Shown here piece after piece: positions 1 through 12,269 of a stretch of 64,000 nucleotides of DNA. Under the pieces are notes generated by a model. It was not told where the DNA came from. It made no database searches and worked only from the letters and a program-made list of their open reading frames with translations. Each line of letters opens with the position of its first letter. The first letter of the stretch is position 1. The stretch is from NCBI GenBank assembly GCA_044892525.1, contig CM097885.1, positions 70,928,001-70,992,000 of the forward strand. The letters are read 5' to 3'. The position numbers and the translations under genes were made by a program. This stretch comes from Schmidtea polychroa (lineage: Eukaryota).

Positions 1-545
1 ACTAGCCCTGCCAACGAGGCAATTTAAACCTTTTTAGTTGATGTATATTTTTCGTAGTTTATTAAAATGGTACATGAGATATTTTGTTATATGATTGCTT
101 AAGGAATGAAAATTTGCGTGTGAGGGTTTGGGAAAACAATTTCGGTGAGGGACCTGAGGAAATCGGACACAAACCTTCTAACGGTAGTCCGTGGACTCAT
201 AGAGTACTCGACAATTATAGTGCCGTGGTGCGCTCACTTTTTGGGAGTACTCAACCCCTTGGTACAGTACCAACGTTGATTACTCAACGGGTACCAAGCG
301 GAAAACAATGTTGTATTTGGGTTACGCTGGTAACAGCACTAAATCGTAAACATCCGACCACCAGTAACCAACTTTATAGATTTGACGTCAATAATTTTTA
401 TTGAGTAACACGAAATACGTTAAGAATCACAAGTACGAAAATTATTGAAGAATCAACTGACGGGATACAGTCACACCATACGTTTAGAAAGGTAAATCTT
501 TGAATAGGGAATTGGTTTCGTTGGATTTGGCTTTGACTTATCAGA

Positions 546-1204
546 TCATATCGCCCTCAGCTATTAGGGCGTTGACGTCCACCTGAAACTGAGTATCATT
601 GCACAACGGGACGCTTCCGTAGAAATTATGCGGAAATTCTTCTGTGGAGTGGATACGGTTATCCTTGGAGCTTGTTCTTTATGGGTTGGGCAGCGAATAG
701 GGATGCTTCTTGAACCGTGAACGCATCCCTTCGTTTTTGATTTTTCTGGGCCCACGATGGGCGCTTTCGTTTCTTGGCCGTCGAGACGAAAGAGATACTA
801 TTAGAACCGGATATCGATGCAGCGGCTGTGGTGGCGGTATCAGTAGATGCCTGGTGTAACTCTTTCGATCCGGATAGAATGAGATCCTTCAATGATGGAA
901 AATGATTTCCATGGCTGCTACAATCTGTCTTTGTTAGTGGAAATTCGTCTCCTCGGTGATGAACCGGTGATGAACCGTCTTTTATCGGATACTCACGCAT
1001 CCGTCGTTGAATCTCTGTCTCAGTGTAGACTTTATGCAAAGCTTTAGACTGAGCTTTTATCGTTAGCCGTTGGCATCGGCTTTCTTCTAGGAGGCTGTCT
1101 CGACAGTGCTTAGTCGCAATACCTTCGTTTTCTCCTCCTTCATTTGGGCAGGAGAGAATCATGTACATTCGTAATGCTCAATTCGTTTCTTCTGATATCG
1201 GCAT
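546..1204 (-). pseudogene. Decayed unidentified accessory ORF, copy A (downstream of a Gypsy-like integrase remnant)
   Basis: ATG at 1204, early TGA, open 1168-659, frameshifted tail QFQVDVNALIAEGDMI near 597-546. Shares motifs with fragments at 43.1-43.6 kb (KRKRPSWAQKNQKRRD..EASLF vs KWKRLTRAEKSKHKRD..EASLF) and 57.5-57.8 kb (HCRDSL/HYRDSL, ALHKVY/ALYQVY). Confidence 0.55.
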
Positions 1205-1689
1205 TTTTATCCGCGCAAGAGAAACAGGGTTGAAGTCCCTTCGGCGGCAGATTGGGCTCACACACTTCTGGAAAATGAAGTAGTTAAAAAAACTAAATCG
1301 ACATATTATGGTAGACAAGACTGGTCGCTGACCGTTCGGTGAATTTCAACCTTAGGGCTGTTCCCCTCCTCATACCGTCAATTTATTTTTATTAACAGAA
1401 TCAAACTCGTCATCATTATCTTGCTTGGATTTCGATTAAGGTGAAATTTGATCAACAGCTCTATTTTCAAAATATTTCCTCCAAATGTAAGTTATTAGGT
1501 AGACGGTTTAAAAAAACCAATTTTTATTGTCTTCATGTACTGAATGCGTTAATTGCCTGATTAAGAGAAATAGTTAGACCTAAATAATAATAACTAATTC
1601 TAGATTTTTCAAGTGAGATTCTAAGTTTAATTATTTCAATAGTAGATGTATTATTCGGTGACCATTTTTATTATTTATGCCAAGCGTTT

Positions 1690-3335
1690 CAATCTGCCGA
1701 TGTGTAATTGATTTTGGTAAATTCATCTCAGATCCTTGTCATTCGGCGACGTGTAAATATTTACGCTTTTCCAGTAGATTCTCTTAATTCCAGTTTACCG
1801 CGAGTGTTTACATTGACATATGATTATGGATAAACAAGTCTGGCGGGTTTAGTCGAATCGAGTGATCGTTGATTCAAATTTGTTTTTATTATCTCCTTCT
1901 TTGTTTAGTGAAAATCTCATTACCGTCGAGCGGTGGGATTCTACTAGCCGGATGTTTATCGGCGAAATTTAATCGTTGTCGTTTGTGAATGAAGCGTTGG
2001 CGATGATTCGCGAATTCAGAGATGCTATTGCCGATCGTGAGAAAACTGTAGATCTTAATCTACATCGAATTTTGACTATTACCGTTATCGTACTGTTACT
2101 AAACGTTGGAAATATTTCGGTCGTAAATTATGCAGATTCTCCGAGTCGATTGGAAAATGATTGTCTGGTCAAAGAAGTAAAGATGGATAATTCTCCGTAA
2201 TTCAGTGAAGGTGAACTCTAAAACTGCCTCGGACGCTACTCTATCGAACGGAATTTTTTTAGATCTCTTTGGAATTTGTCTAGTAGGAAAAAATCTGGAA
2301 TCATATGAGATTTGACAATGTTTAGAGTTACAAAATCTTTCGCGAAAACGACCTCTATTGCTTCTCGATGAAAACACTTGTCATTACACTCGGTGGATTA
2401 TATAGTCATGGTTTCTCCGCTTACCAGGACCACCCAGATACTACCGGTATCCCTACCGACTGTTCTCTAGATCAGTGCTACTCAAAGTGTGGTACGCGTA
2501 CCGGTGCCGGTACGCAAGCAATAGTCTGCCGGTACGCGAAGAGATTTTCAAAGGAAAATAAACAAATGTAAAATTACATGCCATGAGAAACAGGTGGGTC
2601 ATGTGACTGATATTTTTTGTTTATTTATCTAAAAAGAATACAGCATGGTAGTAATTTAATTGGAAACAGTTATTGTATGCACTTTATTAAAAGATTTGAC
2701 TGATATTTTACTCTATGTCACACATCTGAAGACTTGCATCTGAAGACTTGCATCTGAAGACTTGCATGACAATGATTAGTGATCTTAAATTGAATAAGAC
2801 TTCATGCCATCATGATTAGTCGTCGCTTTTTTTCCCATTTCCCTCTTGCGATAGCTAGATTGGCTAGTCGCACCCTGTCGAATAAAAAAAACATCTGCCG
2901 GTACGCCACATCAGAAAGTTTGAGAAGCACTGCTCTAGATTGTCCTGATAGACAGAGTTCACCGCATTTATGCTATCAATAATAATAAGGAAATATGAAA
3001 ATCGAAATATTATTATCAGATAAATGTTATGAAAAATAAATATTGTTACAGAACATTCAATGTGGTTATCAATTGTCTACTTTTAATGATTAAACAATAA
3101 ATGAAATAAATTTACTCGACAACCATGCCCTTTGAAATCCGAGTATGATGTCATAACTGATGTTACTATGGTAATCTTTAAGCCATTCCGGTGACTACTC
3201 TGAGTACGCAATTCATATCATCTCCCTTCACTGCATAAATCTGGCATTTTGAAGTCATGGCATAGTTGAAATTCATATCATAATTGTAAAGCCTAATATT
3301 TTGCATACACATCACACTCGGGGTTTGCAGACGGA
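1690..3335 (-). mobile_element. Heavily decayed Ty3/Gypsy pol remnant (protease-like and integrase-like pieces), interrupted by a hAT MITE
   Basis: Stop-ridden minus frames: ISYDIILG (aspartic protease end, about 3150), LLDKFQRDLK (resembles LVERFNRTLK, about 2280), NLRPKYF (about 2120). Similar to the remnant at 43.9-44.6 kb. Confidence 0.4.
2473..2932. mobile_element. Non-autonomous hAT (Buster-like) MITE, 460 bp
   Basis: TIRs cagtgctactcaaag / tttgagaagcactg; perfect 8-bp TSD ctctagat at 2465-2472 and 2933-2940; internal 14-bp repeat catctgaagacttg x3. Confidence 0.9.
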
Positions 3336-4528
3336 ATCGTCGCCGGTTCCGTGAAGGAGAAAGGCAGGTGGTTAATAAAATAATATTTTCATTATAACAT
3401 TTTTACAATTCTAAATATCATTACAATTCATGAAGATATAACAAATTTCATAAATAAAATTCAACTAAATTACTTGGAAATTCAACAATTAGTTGCTAGT
3501 GAACTGAGTAAATTCGGGGTCAAATACTCTTTTCTCGTTTAACAATTCAGTAAGTAGAGCTTCGATGAGATCTACGAATCCTTGAATTATGCTTGCTAAT
3601 ATAATAATGTGGAATAGTTCTATAAGCCTTATGTGGTTCAAATTTATCGATTATAATAGATTCCTGATAGATTTTTCCTTGAATTAGTGATTTCCGAAAT
3701 GGTTGCTTGGTTTGGTAGTAGTTGGTACCTAAATTGATTTTGAAGTAAATCTCTATATTAAAAGTCCTTACCTAAATTGATTTTGAAGTAGTTATCTAAC
3801 TGATTTAGCGGCCGTCTTATATAATAAATTTTAACCAATTAGAATTGAGTCGGGTTGTTTTTTGGTTATTTTTTCTTTATTCTTTATTTTCTATTGTTTT
3901 TCTTATGTATTATTTTGTTTTATTTAGTTTTATTATCTTTCTTGTAATTTTGCGTTATTTCGCCTATTTTTGTTGTCTTTGGGTGTGACGGCTTATTTCT
4001 AGTTTTTCTTCAAATTCTAATTAATTTTCGTACTTTTATATACGTTTTTCCTTATTTTGTTTGGGTTTCATTTTTGTTATTTCCTAAATTTTGTTATTAT
4101 TGCGTCCTTAATTTATTTGTTGCTAACTTAATTATTTTATTTGTTCTTCCTTTTTCTGTTTTTCCTCGTTTACCTCAGTTCACAGTCACTAACCGTTTAG
4201 CAATTATTTTTCCGTTTAGCCCAACACTACTTTGAAAAGAGACGCAACGCACTCGAATCTATTAATAATACCGTGGACCGCTAGAATAAGAAAAATTCAT
4301 GCGTCCCTTATCAATACGTATACTTACATATGAACATGCATAGCCAAACATAGCATAGACAAATATAAACAAATTTGAATTAAAGAAAAAATTGAGTTAA
4401 CAAAAAGGTAATTAAATTGCACCATAAAGGAAAGTTTTTACAAAAATTGTTTTAAGCATCAATAATTCATTAACATATTTAATAATACATTCAAATAAAA
4501 GTTAAATACATATTGCAATCCAATGTTT

Positions 4529-4900
4529 ATTATGAGAAATTAATCTTTCTTGCTTTTACTTTTGCGAATATTTAAATTAATCTATCGACTTCAAGATTAC
4601 CTGCAATTTCGTGCTCAATTGATATTATTGCCAAACCAGTCAATCTTTCTTGAGCTATGGTCGAACGAGTGCATGCCATTATCAATTTCAATTTTGAAAA
4701 ACTTCTTTCTGAACTGACAACTGATACTGACAATGTGGCGAATATGCGCAACGCGACAAATAAATTTGGAACAATGTTTTCTAATTTATGTTGGCATATA
4801 TGTGAGAGGACATCAATTGCTGAAGTATTTTCGAAGTTCGTCTTTCTATTACTTATAATTCGTTACTTAAATCTTGTGAGGTGTTTTCACTTGAGAATTA
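4529..4900 (-). pseudogene. hAT transposase C-terminal dimerisation-domain remnant (Tip100/ZMYM1-like)
   Basis: Minus frame reads VPNLFVALRIFATLSVSVVSSERSFSKLKLIMACTRSTIAQERLTGLAIISIE, with an in-frame stop near the end. Confidence 0.8.
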
Positions 4901-5242
4901 AATATTTCAATAATTTATTAAGATAATTTCAGATGATAAATAATTGACTATTTAAAATAACTTTTAAAAACATTTTTAAATTGAATTTTTTAAATTGAAT
5001 TTTTTAAATTAAAAAATAAAACAAGCTTTTTATTAGTAAATCATTTTTAAATAAATATATTTTAAATATCAAAATTTTATTAAATGGTTTTTAAAATATT
5101 TTATTCAACGCTGAAAATTTGTTTGGAAATTATACAATATTTCATTAAATAAATACTTGAAATTACGATGTTATCTTTTGAACCTGATTTAAAAAATAAT
5201 TGAGAAGATGTTTTAGCAGCTTCCTTTATGGCGATCATGTCT

Positions 5243-6438
5243 ATGGATTTCTTCATAAAAAAGCTATTCCCAAATGATTTTCATATAGGAGATGATGTTG
5301 AAACATTCATTAAAGAATGCAATAAATATTTTTAAATGTTACTACTAAAATGTACTAAAATGTCTACTGCAATACAAAAAGTGATGATCGAATTACTGAT
5401 CGACAAACAGAGCAGAGAGATATATACAGGAGTTGATCAAAATATCAAATGTTACAAGGAAAGATTGCGAAAGGCATTCGTCAAAAAACAAGTTTCGCAG
5501 AAGATTTACAATCTACTGTGTCTTATAGACAGACTAGTGAAGAGTCCGATAAATATTTTGCTATGATAGACGAGTTAGTCGATAAAATATTGAGGCATGA
5601 GTTAAACAAGGAAAGTTTAACCGAATATCTGCTGGTACACTGTGCAGCCGAGAAGACTTTGAAACGAGAATTGTGTCTAAGTGACACCAAAGAAACAACG
5701 GAAGTGAAGAAAAAAATCAAGAATTTACATGAATCTCGTATAGTTGCAGAAGAGATCTACGCACTGAGAGAAAGAAGACCAGAACAGAATATAACAAGAA
5801 ATTACAGAGACACGGTTACAAATCAAGCAAGAAATATTGTATCACCAAGATATAATAGCGAGTCGAGAGAGTATCGAGAAGAAAGACCGATCAGAAATAA
5901 AAACGAATGCTGGACATGTAACAAGGTAGAACATTTGAGTAGAGATTGCATAACAAAGAAGGCAGTTACATGTTTTACATGTCGAAGACAAGGACATGTA
6001 AGAAGTCAGTGTCCACAGATGCAGAGAAAGGTAGTAGAATGTTATGCGTGTGGTACCCCGGGACACGTGAGAAGAGATTGTAAAAAAATATGGTGTACGA
6101 GGTGTAGCTTGGGAGGTCATAAAGAGGCAGATTGTTACACAAATTTGGAGACAATGAGATATCGGAGAATCAATGAGAATTCTGGAAGACAACAAGAACG
6201 ATACGAAGCAGGGAATGGTTATCAAGGAACGAGAAAGGAAACAAGACAAGCAGACAAGAGATGCGTAGCATTCATAGACGAACCAAATGATGAAAGAATA
6301 GAAGATAAATACAGAGAATACCCAAATATCAACGCCGATAAAAGAGATATTTGGGGCAGTGTATTAAACAGTAATGCTGACTCCCAAATTATTAATTATT
6401 ATACCTTCTGTTCATCAAAAATTAATTCGGTTAAGTAA
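5243..6438 (+). pseudogene. Ty3/Gypsy Gag with four CCHC-type zinc knuckles; premature stop and frameshift, no pol downstream
   Basis: CWTCNKVEHLSRDC, CFTCRRQGHVRSQC, CYACGTPGHVRRDC, CTRCSLGGHKEADC. The post-knuckle segment RCVAFIDE..EDKY resembles RIACIEED..EDRY of the gag at 63.7-64.0 kb. Confidence 0.8.
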
Positions 6439-7073
6439 AATAACTTTAATAAATTTTTCTTATCAATAACAATCCACATTTGTCCAACCCGAGCGAATAT
6501 AAAGGTCCAATTCCTCACACTTACACTCAAATTCTTCTAAATTAAGATGGTGAAGTCCCCATAATATTTTTGTCAGAAGACAAGGATAACTACACAGGTT
6601 GACTAATGATAAAAGATAATTTTTTGATCGAGTATCGGTGGTAGTGAATCTCCAATTTTTATTTTAATAGCGACAACATGGTTTTTTAACACAAAATATC
6701 CTTACGTATGGGATAATTTTCGGGTTAATGATCTAAGAATGCGACGATAAAGTAAATGTTATGTCAATGATGCGAGTTCTCCTCTGCGCGGGGGTGGGGG
6801 TAATTTGGTTTAGTATGCGTTCGTCATGATTTCTGTGAGTATTCAAGTGGAAAGCCAATCGCTCGGTCAAACGTTCTAAATCTGTTTATTATCAATGTGA
6901 TAATGCTGGTTCTTCTTTCTTTCTTTGTAGAAAATGTACAATCTCCCTTCTACGTCAGCGGCACTCAAGCCTTGTTTCTCCTGTGCCGACAAGAATTCGA
7001 TAATTAAAACTCTTCAAGCTCAGATCGGACTACTAAAGAAGACCATAGAGGTACATGGTTTTTCCCTTGTCAG

Positions 7074-7616
7074 ATGAAAGATATGAGAACGAAACTCTTC
7101 AGGGTGGAACACTACCTAGATAGCCTCATTGAAGATTGCTCGTCAAAGAACAATCAGGAGCACTATATAAAGTATCGGTGCAAGCAACTCTCACCAAAAA
7201 TATTGCAACCGTGCCTATCATTCGCTGATGTCGCCGATGTCGTGGTCAAATTAAACAGATACCCATGCCACACGCAGGCTGTGGAGATGTGCATCAAGGT
7301 GGTGACTGAGGCATCGCAGTCTGTGTGTGGTGAGAAACGACGAGACGGTTTTATCCGTACAAGACTGGAGTCTAGGGCAAAAATTCCCGTTTTCGACACA
7401 AAACGGGACTTCAATATGTGACAGTCATATCGACTCATTTGAATGTGTGTGTTTTTATTGAGACAATATATGTTAACACTGTGCCAAAACTGCCTAAAAA
7501 TGTTTCGGATAATATAGAAGCAAATTGTATCACTATTTTTCAGAATATTATAATTAAACATTTTCGGTAAAAAATGTCCAAATATTGTCATTTTCATCGC
7601 TCGTGGGGGAGCCTAA
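7074..7616 (+). mobile_element. 3' end of a DDE DNA transposon (hATm-like transposase C-terminus, candidate TIR)
   Basis: YPCHTQAVEMCIKVVTEASQSVCGEKRRDGFIR motif, typical of CHTQAVER-family transposases; candidate terminus gtgggggagcctaa near 7603-7616. Confidence 0.55.
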
Positions 7617-8689
7617 GATATCAACTTATCAAGTTGAACTTTTAATATCTTTTAGATGACAACACTCCACGTCTTTTCATTGCTATTCCTAGTAAAAACT
7701 CTCAAAATGATTTTATTTCTCACTTTTCACTCCACCCTATTGTCTAGATCTAATGTACCGTTAATTTATGGTAAAATTTATTGTCTACTTTAATTTAATA
7801 TTACTATTTATATTTATTTTATTTTTTAAAATTACTATAATAAGTATATGGTCTATATATAGTAATTGATTATACTATTTATATTTATAATACATTTTAG
7901 GTAATTATATAATTAATTATTTATACTATTATTATAATTATGCTATTTTTAGTAATATTTATTTATTTTACTTATTATTTTACCCTAATTAACCCTTATG
8001 GCTATTGTTTTCTCGAATCCAAACCCAACAATACTTTGGCTGCTTTACCGAGTCGGAATTTTTCTAAAAAAATTTACAAACCTTAAAATACTTTGACTTT
8101 CTAACGAGACCTTTGCTTTTAATTGCTTTTTTAACAAGAATCGGATTTTGTTTACAAAAAATCTCTGGAGTCATAATCATCCCCTAGCTATAGTTGTGAT
8201 TTTGAAAAGATATCCTGTAGCCCTCTGCAGAAATGGAAGAATCCTATTACCCTTCTGCAACACTTAGGGGATACACGGGATGGTCGTGCTGCAGAGGTAC
8301 ACTGATTACCTACTTAGTATCTGTAGATGAGTCCGACTGAACTGAAGGAAAATGGAAAAATAATAAAGTATAATAAATTGAAACAGATATTAAATAAATC
8401 GAAATTATACTTTAATAATTTAAATAATTTATATTCCATAATTAAATAATATTCTAATCACGATATGTAATATTTTTGTTTATATACATTTAATGCATTA
8501 TTTATGTAGTTACTGTTTAATTAGAAATTAACATCATAAAAATTAAGGAAACATTTTTACATATTGATTTTAAATGTTTTAAAAAGTTTCTTATGATTTC
8601 AAATGAATTATTTTTCAAATATTTTGTATTGAATTAGTGATTAACAATTTTGGTTAATTTAATGTAAATTATTTTGCAATTTAGATCGA

Positions 8690-10215
8690 ATGTCGACTAT
8701 AAATGAAAAATTGAATAAAATTTCCCAGTTGCTTTCAGAGCACAAATTTACAATTGTCAGTGATATAGCTGAGGATTACAAATGTGGAATTTGCAAAGGA
8801 ATTATCAACAATGCCCATCAAATAATATGCGGATGTAATTTTTGTATGGAATGTATTAATCAATATATTGGCAATGGCGGGGCTAAATGTCCAGCATGCC
8901 AATATGAAAATGTATTAGAGATTTCAAAAAATCACAAATTGAACATACAAATTTCTACAATTACCGTGAGATGTCCAAATAAAAATTGTGATCATGAATG
9001 CAAGCTCACAGAAATGGACGAGCATTTGAGATTATGCTCAAAAAGAAATGTGGAATGCCCGTTTGGTGGTATTGGCTGTCAGTTGAAGGAGATGAGCAAG
9101 GATAAATTGAATGAGCATTCCATCTCTAATATTGACAATCACAATAAAATCTTAATTGAAATGATCGGAGAATTGAGAAATGAAATGAATGAGCTAAAGA
9201 TAAATGATATGAGAAAAGATGAAGCAATTGAATCATTAAGAAATGAAATCAATGCGATAAAGGTAAATCAAATATCTGATTGATTTATTAATAACTGGCA
9301 TAATTCAGCAAGAAAATCAAGAGCTGAAAACCATAATGAGAAATAGCAATAATAATTTGTGGATCAAATTGGATCAGATGGATATCGAGATAAATGACAG
9401 GTGCAGAAATGATACGGTCACATCGATAAATGAGCAAATTGAATCTGTGAGAGAAATTAATTGATTGAATTGATCTGATCAATTGATTTATAAATATTCA
9501 GATCAATCAATTGAAATTGGAACAGCAAATGAAAATTGTCGACAGAAAATGCCAAGTGAGAATTGAGAGCATTTGATTATTGTTGATGATAAATTGATCT
9601 CAGGAATTGAATGGAAATGTGCAAATCATTCACCAGGTGAAGGCTGACAGTGATAGGATGGCGATGGAAATGCAGGAAATGAAGGGGGAAAGGGATAAAC
9701 TGACACGGGAAATGCAGGAAATGAAGGGGGAAAGGGATAAACTGACACGGGAAATGCAGGAAATGAAGGGGGAAAGGGATAAACTGACAAGGGAAATAGA
9801 GCGAATCAATAAATTCCTGAAAATGCGGCATAATGGGGAGTTGGTGTTGCTAATCGGTAAAATCAATGAAATGCAATTCATGTGCAGTGATGCATTCTAC
9901 GATTTCCAGAATCCATATGAAATGCATTTGGTGCTGACTAATGCAGCTGATAAATTGAATATTCAGTTTTTGATTAATTCTGCTGCATTTGATGATGATT
10001 TGCAATGGCCAGTGAAGGCAAAAATAAATATTAATATTTCATCATTAAATAATCTCAAACAATCAAAATCATTGACACAATCACTGACAATCAAAAAACC
10101 AGCAAATAAATCATATGAACGAAGTGATGCATTATCAATTGCCCATGCAGATCTGAATGCATTACAAATGCTTGATAATATTTGTATAATTGATTGTTAT
10201 GTTGAATTTGAATAA
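8690..10215 (+). CDS. TRAF-family E3 ligase/adaptor (RING, TRAF zinc finger, coiled coil, MATH), about 458 aa; exons 8690-9262, 9309-9446, 9502-9555, 9604-10215
   Basis: RING CGICKGIINNAHQIICGCNFCMEC..CPAC; zinc finger CPNKNC..EHLRLC..CPF..GC; MATH-like CSDAFY..FDDDLQWP. Three phase-0 GT-AG introns (46, 55, 48 nt) join the frames without stops. Confidence 0.88.
9667..9792 (+). repeat. Coding 42-bp tandem repeat x3 (EMQEMKGERDKLTR)
   Basis: Three near-identical units in TRAF exon 4; one mismatch in the third. Confidence 0.95.
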
Positions 10216-10879
10216 ATTTTGCCTGATTTCCATTTACCTTTCGGTTCGACTCTTGCAGGAAATCATAAATATAAATAACTAGCTAATTAATCCGCCTCCG
10301 CTCGCGATTCCAAACCGCATATAATAGTAATTCAAAATATTTAAAAATTGTTTTAATCGAACTATTTTTGGTTAGTTACATTTTTAGGCGGGCGTTGAGG
10401 ATAAGAGAGCAAAATTTGCGAAATAATATGAATTGTCTGGAGCCCATTGCAAAAATAATGTTACAGAAATGTTTACCTGTTAGTTTTTATTCCCATTAAA
10501 ATTTTATAAATTGACTTTTCATGTTTACTATTCACGTGCTTATTTTGATATTCTGAATTTGTTGCACACAATTTCATTACTTTGATTTTTGATGTAGAGT
10601 GCATAGGAGGGAGTTAGTTATCTGAATATTTATTTGGGAGGGAAAATAAGGTATTATTTTGGATCATTCCTAAAGTAGGGTAGTTTTTTCATCGAGTTCT
10701 AAAAAAAATAACGAACCCTAATGAAACTAATATTACCAATTGGTGGGTTATCTTTGGGGAGTCTTTCATTATTGTATGTTTCTCTATCCGATACTTTTGC
10801 CATGTTTCACTTTCCCCTAGCAAACATGCATAATTATTTTATTCGGCCGCTAAAAGCCCATCGCAAGCGACGTTAATGC

Positions 10880-10990
10880 TGCAATTTAGCGGTTGGCTGT
10901 CGGGAAAAGGTGAGCTCTACCATAATAGCTGCCACTGACCCAACGAGCCCTGGGTTCATGAGCTACTGTAGAAGGTTTAGCGCTCCATTT
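10880..10990 (-). pseudogene. Short fragment of the unidentified accessory-ORF family (copy F)
   Basis: ggtgagctctac (10909) and gggttcatgagctactgtagaagg (10952) match motifs and their 61-65 nt spacing at 19.73, 42.81 and 57.46 kb. Confidence 0.45.
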
Positions 10991-11029
10991 TTTATTGTGA
11001 TTGATTTTTTTTTAATTTGCTCTCATCTC

Positions 11030-12269
11030 CAAGGTATGGAACGCATTTATAGAAAATAGTCAAAACTGCTACAAACCAGGTGCAAATATTACTGTTGATG
11101 AACAGCTATTTGCGACAAAATTAAGATGCCGATTTACACAATATATGCCCAATAAACCCGATAAGTTCGGAATCAAGTTCTGGTTGGCATCGGACGTTGA
11201 ATGTAAATATGTTGTGAATGGATTTCCGTATTTGGGAAAAGATGAGACGAATCCATCGGCAATACCACTTAGTGAATTTGTTGTTCTCAGACGAAATATA
11301 ACCACCGATAATTTTTTACGAGCACATCCTTAGCAACAAAACTTTTATCAAAAAGAACTACCTTAGTAGGAACTCTTCGGGCGAATAAGAGGGAATTGTC
11401 CAAACCTGCAAAAGAAAAAAAAGACAAACTGGGACGTTTTTCAAAGTAGCTTTACAAATCAAACAATTTACAAAAGCAAACCGAACAAAAAAGTTCTCTT
11501 ACTAAGTTCAAAGCATAAATATGTAAAAATTGAAGAAACAGGGAAATGTATACCTGCAACCATTGCTTTTTATAATAACACCAAATTTGGCGTCGATATG
11601 ACGGATCAAATGGCTAGAAAGTACAGCACAAAATCTAAATCTAATAGATGGCCTGTCAAGTATTTTTCAACATTCTGGATTTAGCTGCTCTAAATGCTTG
11701 GATTTTATATAAGCAAACAACTGGAGAAAGGATATCACGACAAGAATTTTTATTTCAGTTGGCAGAGGAACTTGCCACCAAATACCGCAATATACATGAA
11801 CAAGAAAAAATGGAAAGTATGGCGACAACTTCAGCAGATTCCACTACAATTTCTGAAAAACGAAAAACTTGTCAAATTGGATATTGTCAAAAAAATAAAA
11901 CCATAAATATTTGTTCTACATGTAAAAAATATGTTTGTGGAAAAATTTACGGGAGAGACCCTCCATCTGTAAAAAGTTCGACAACGAATAAATTTTATTT
12001 TAGTTTGAATAAGGATATGTATGTAAATTACTGAAGTAACACATAATTTTTCAGTTTCGAGCCTTCTTTCTAAAAATGTACTCCAAAAGCCTGAAAAATA
12101 AATGTCTTTTAATTATTATATGATAATTATTTTGTGTTTATTGTTTATGCTAAATTCTGTATTAATTATAATCAACTGGAAAACACTATAATGTTTATTT
12201 CAAAAGTGGTCATTTGACCGCCATCGGTAGAAATAGGTATATATAATATGTCGGCAGGTTTAGTGTTAA
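11030..12269 (+). mobile_element. piggyBac (PGBD4-like) transposase pseudogene with right TIR and TTAA
   Basis: ITVDEQL..YMPNKPDKFGIKFW, TTDNF, VDMTDQM..RWP, Cys-rich tail CQIGYC..CSTCKKYVC; frameshifts and an internal deletion; end ...ggcaggtttagtg followed by TTAA at 12266-12269. Confidence 0.9.

Noticed and set aside
6770-7055. Possible LINE ORF1 (Cys-rich plus coiled-coil) fragment
   Set aside because: Too short and degenerate to support a call.
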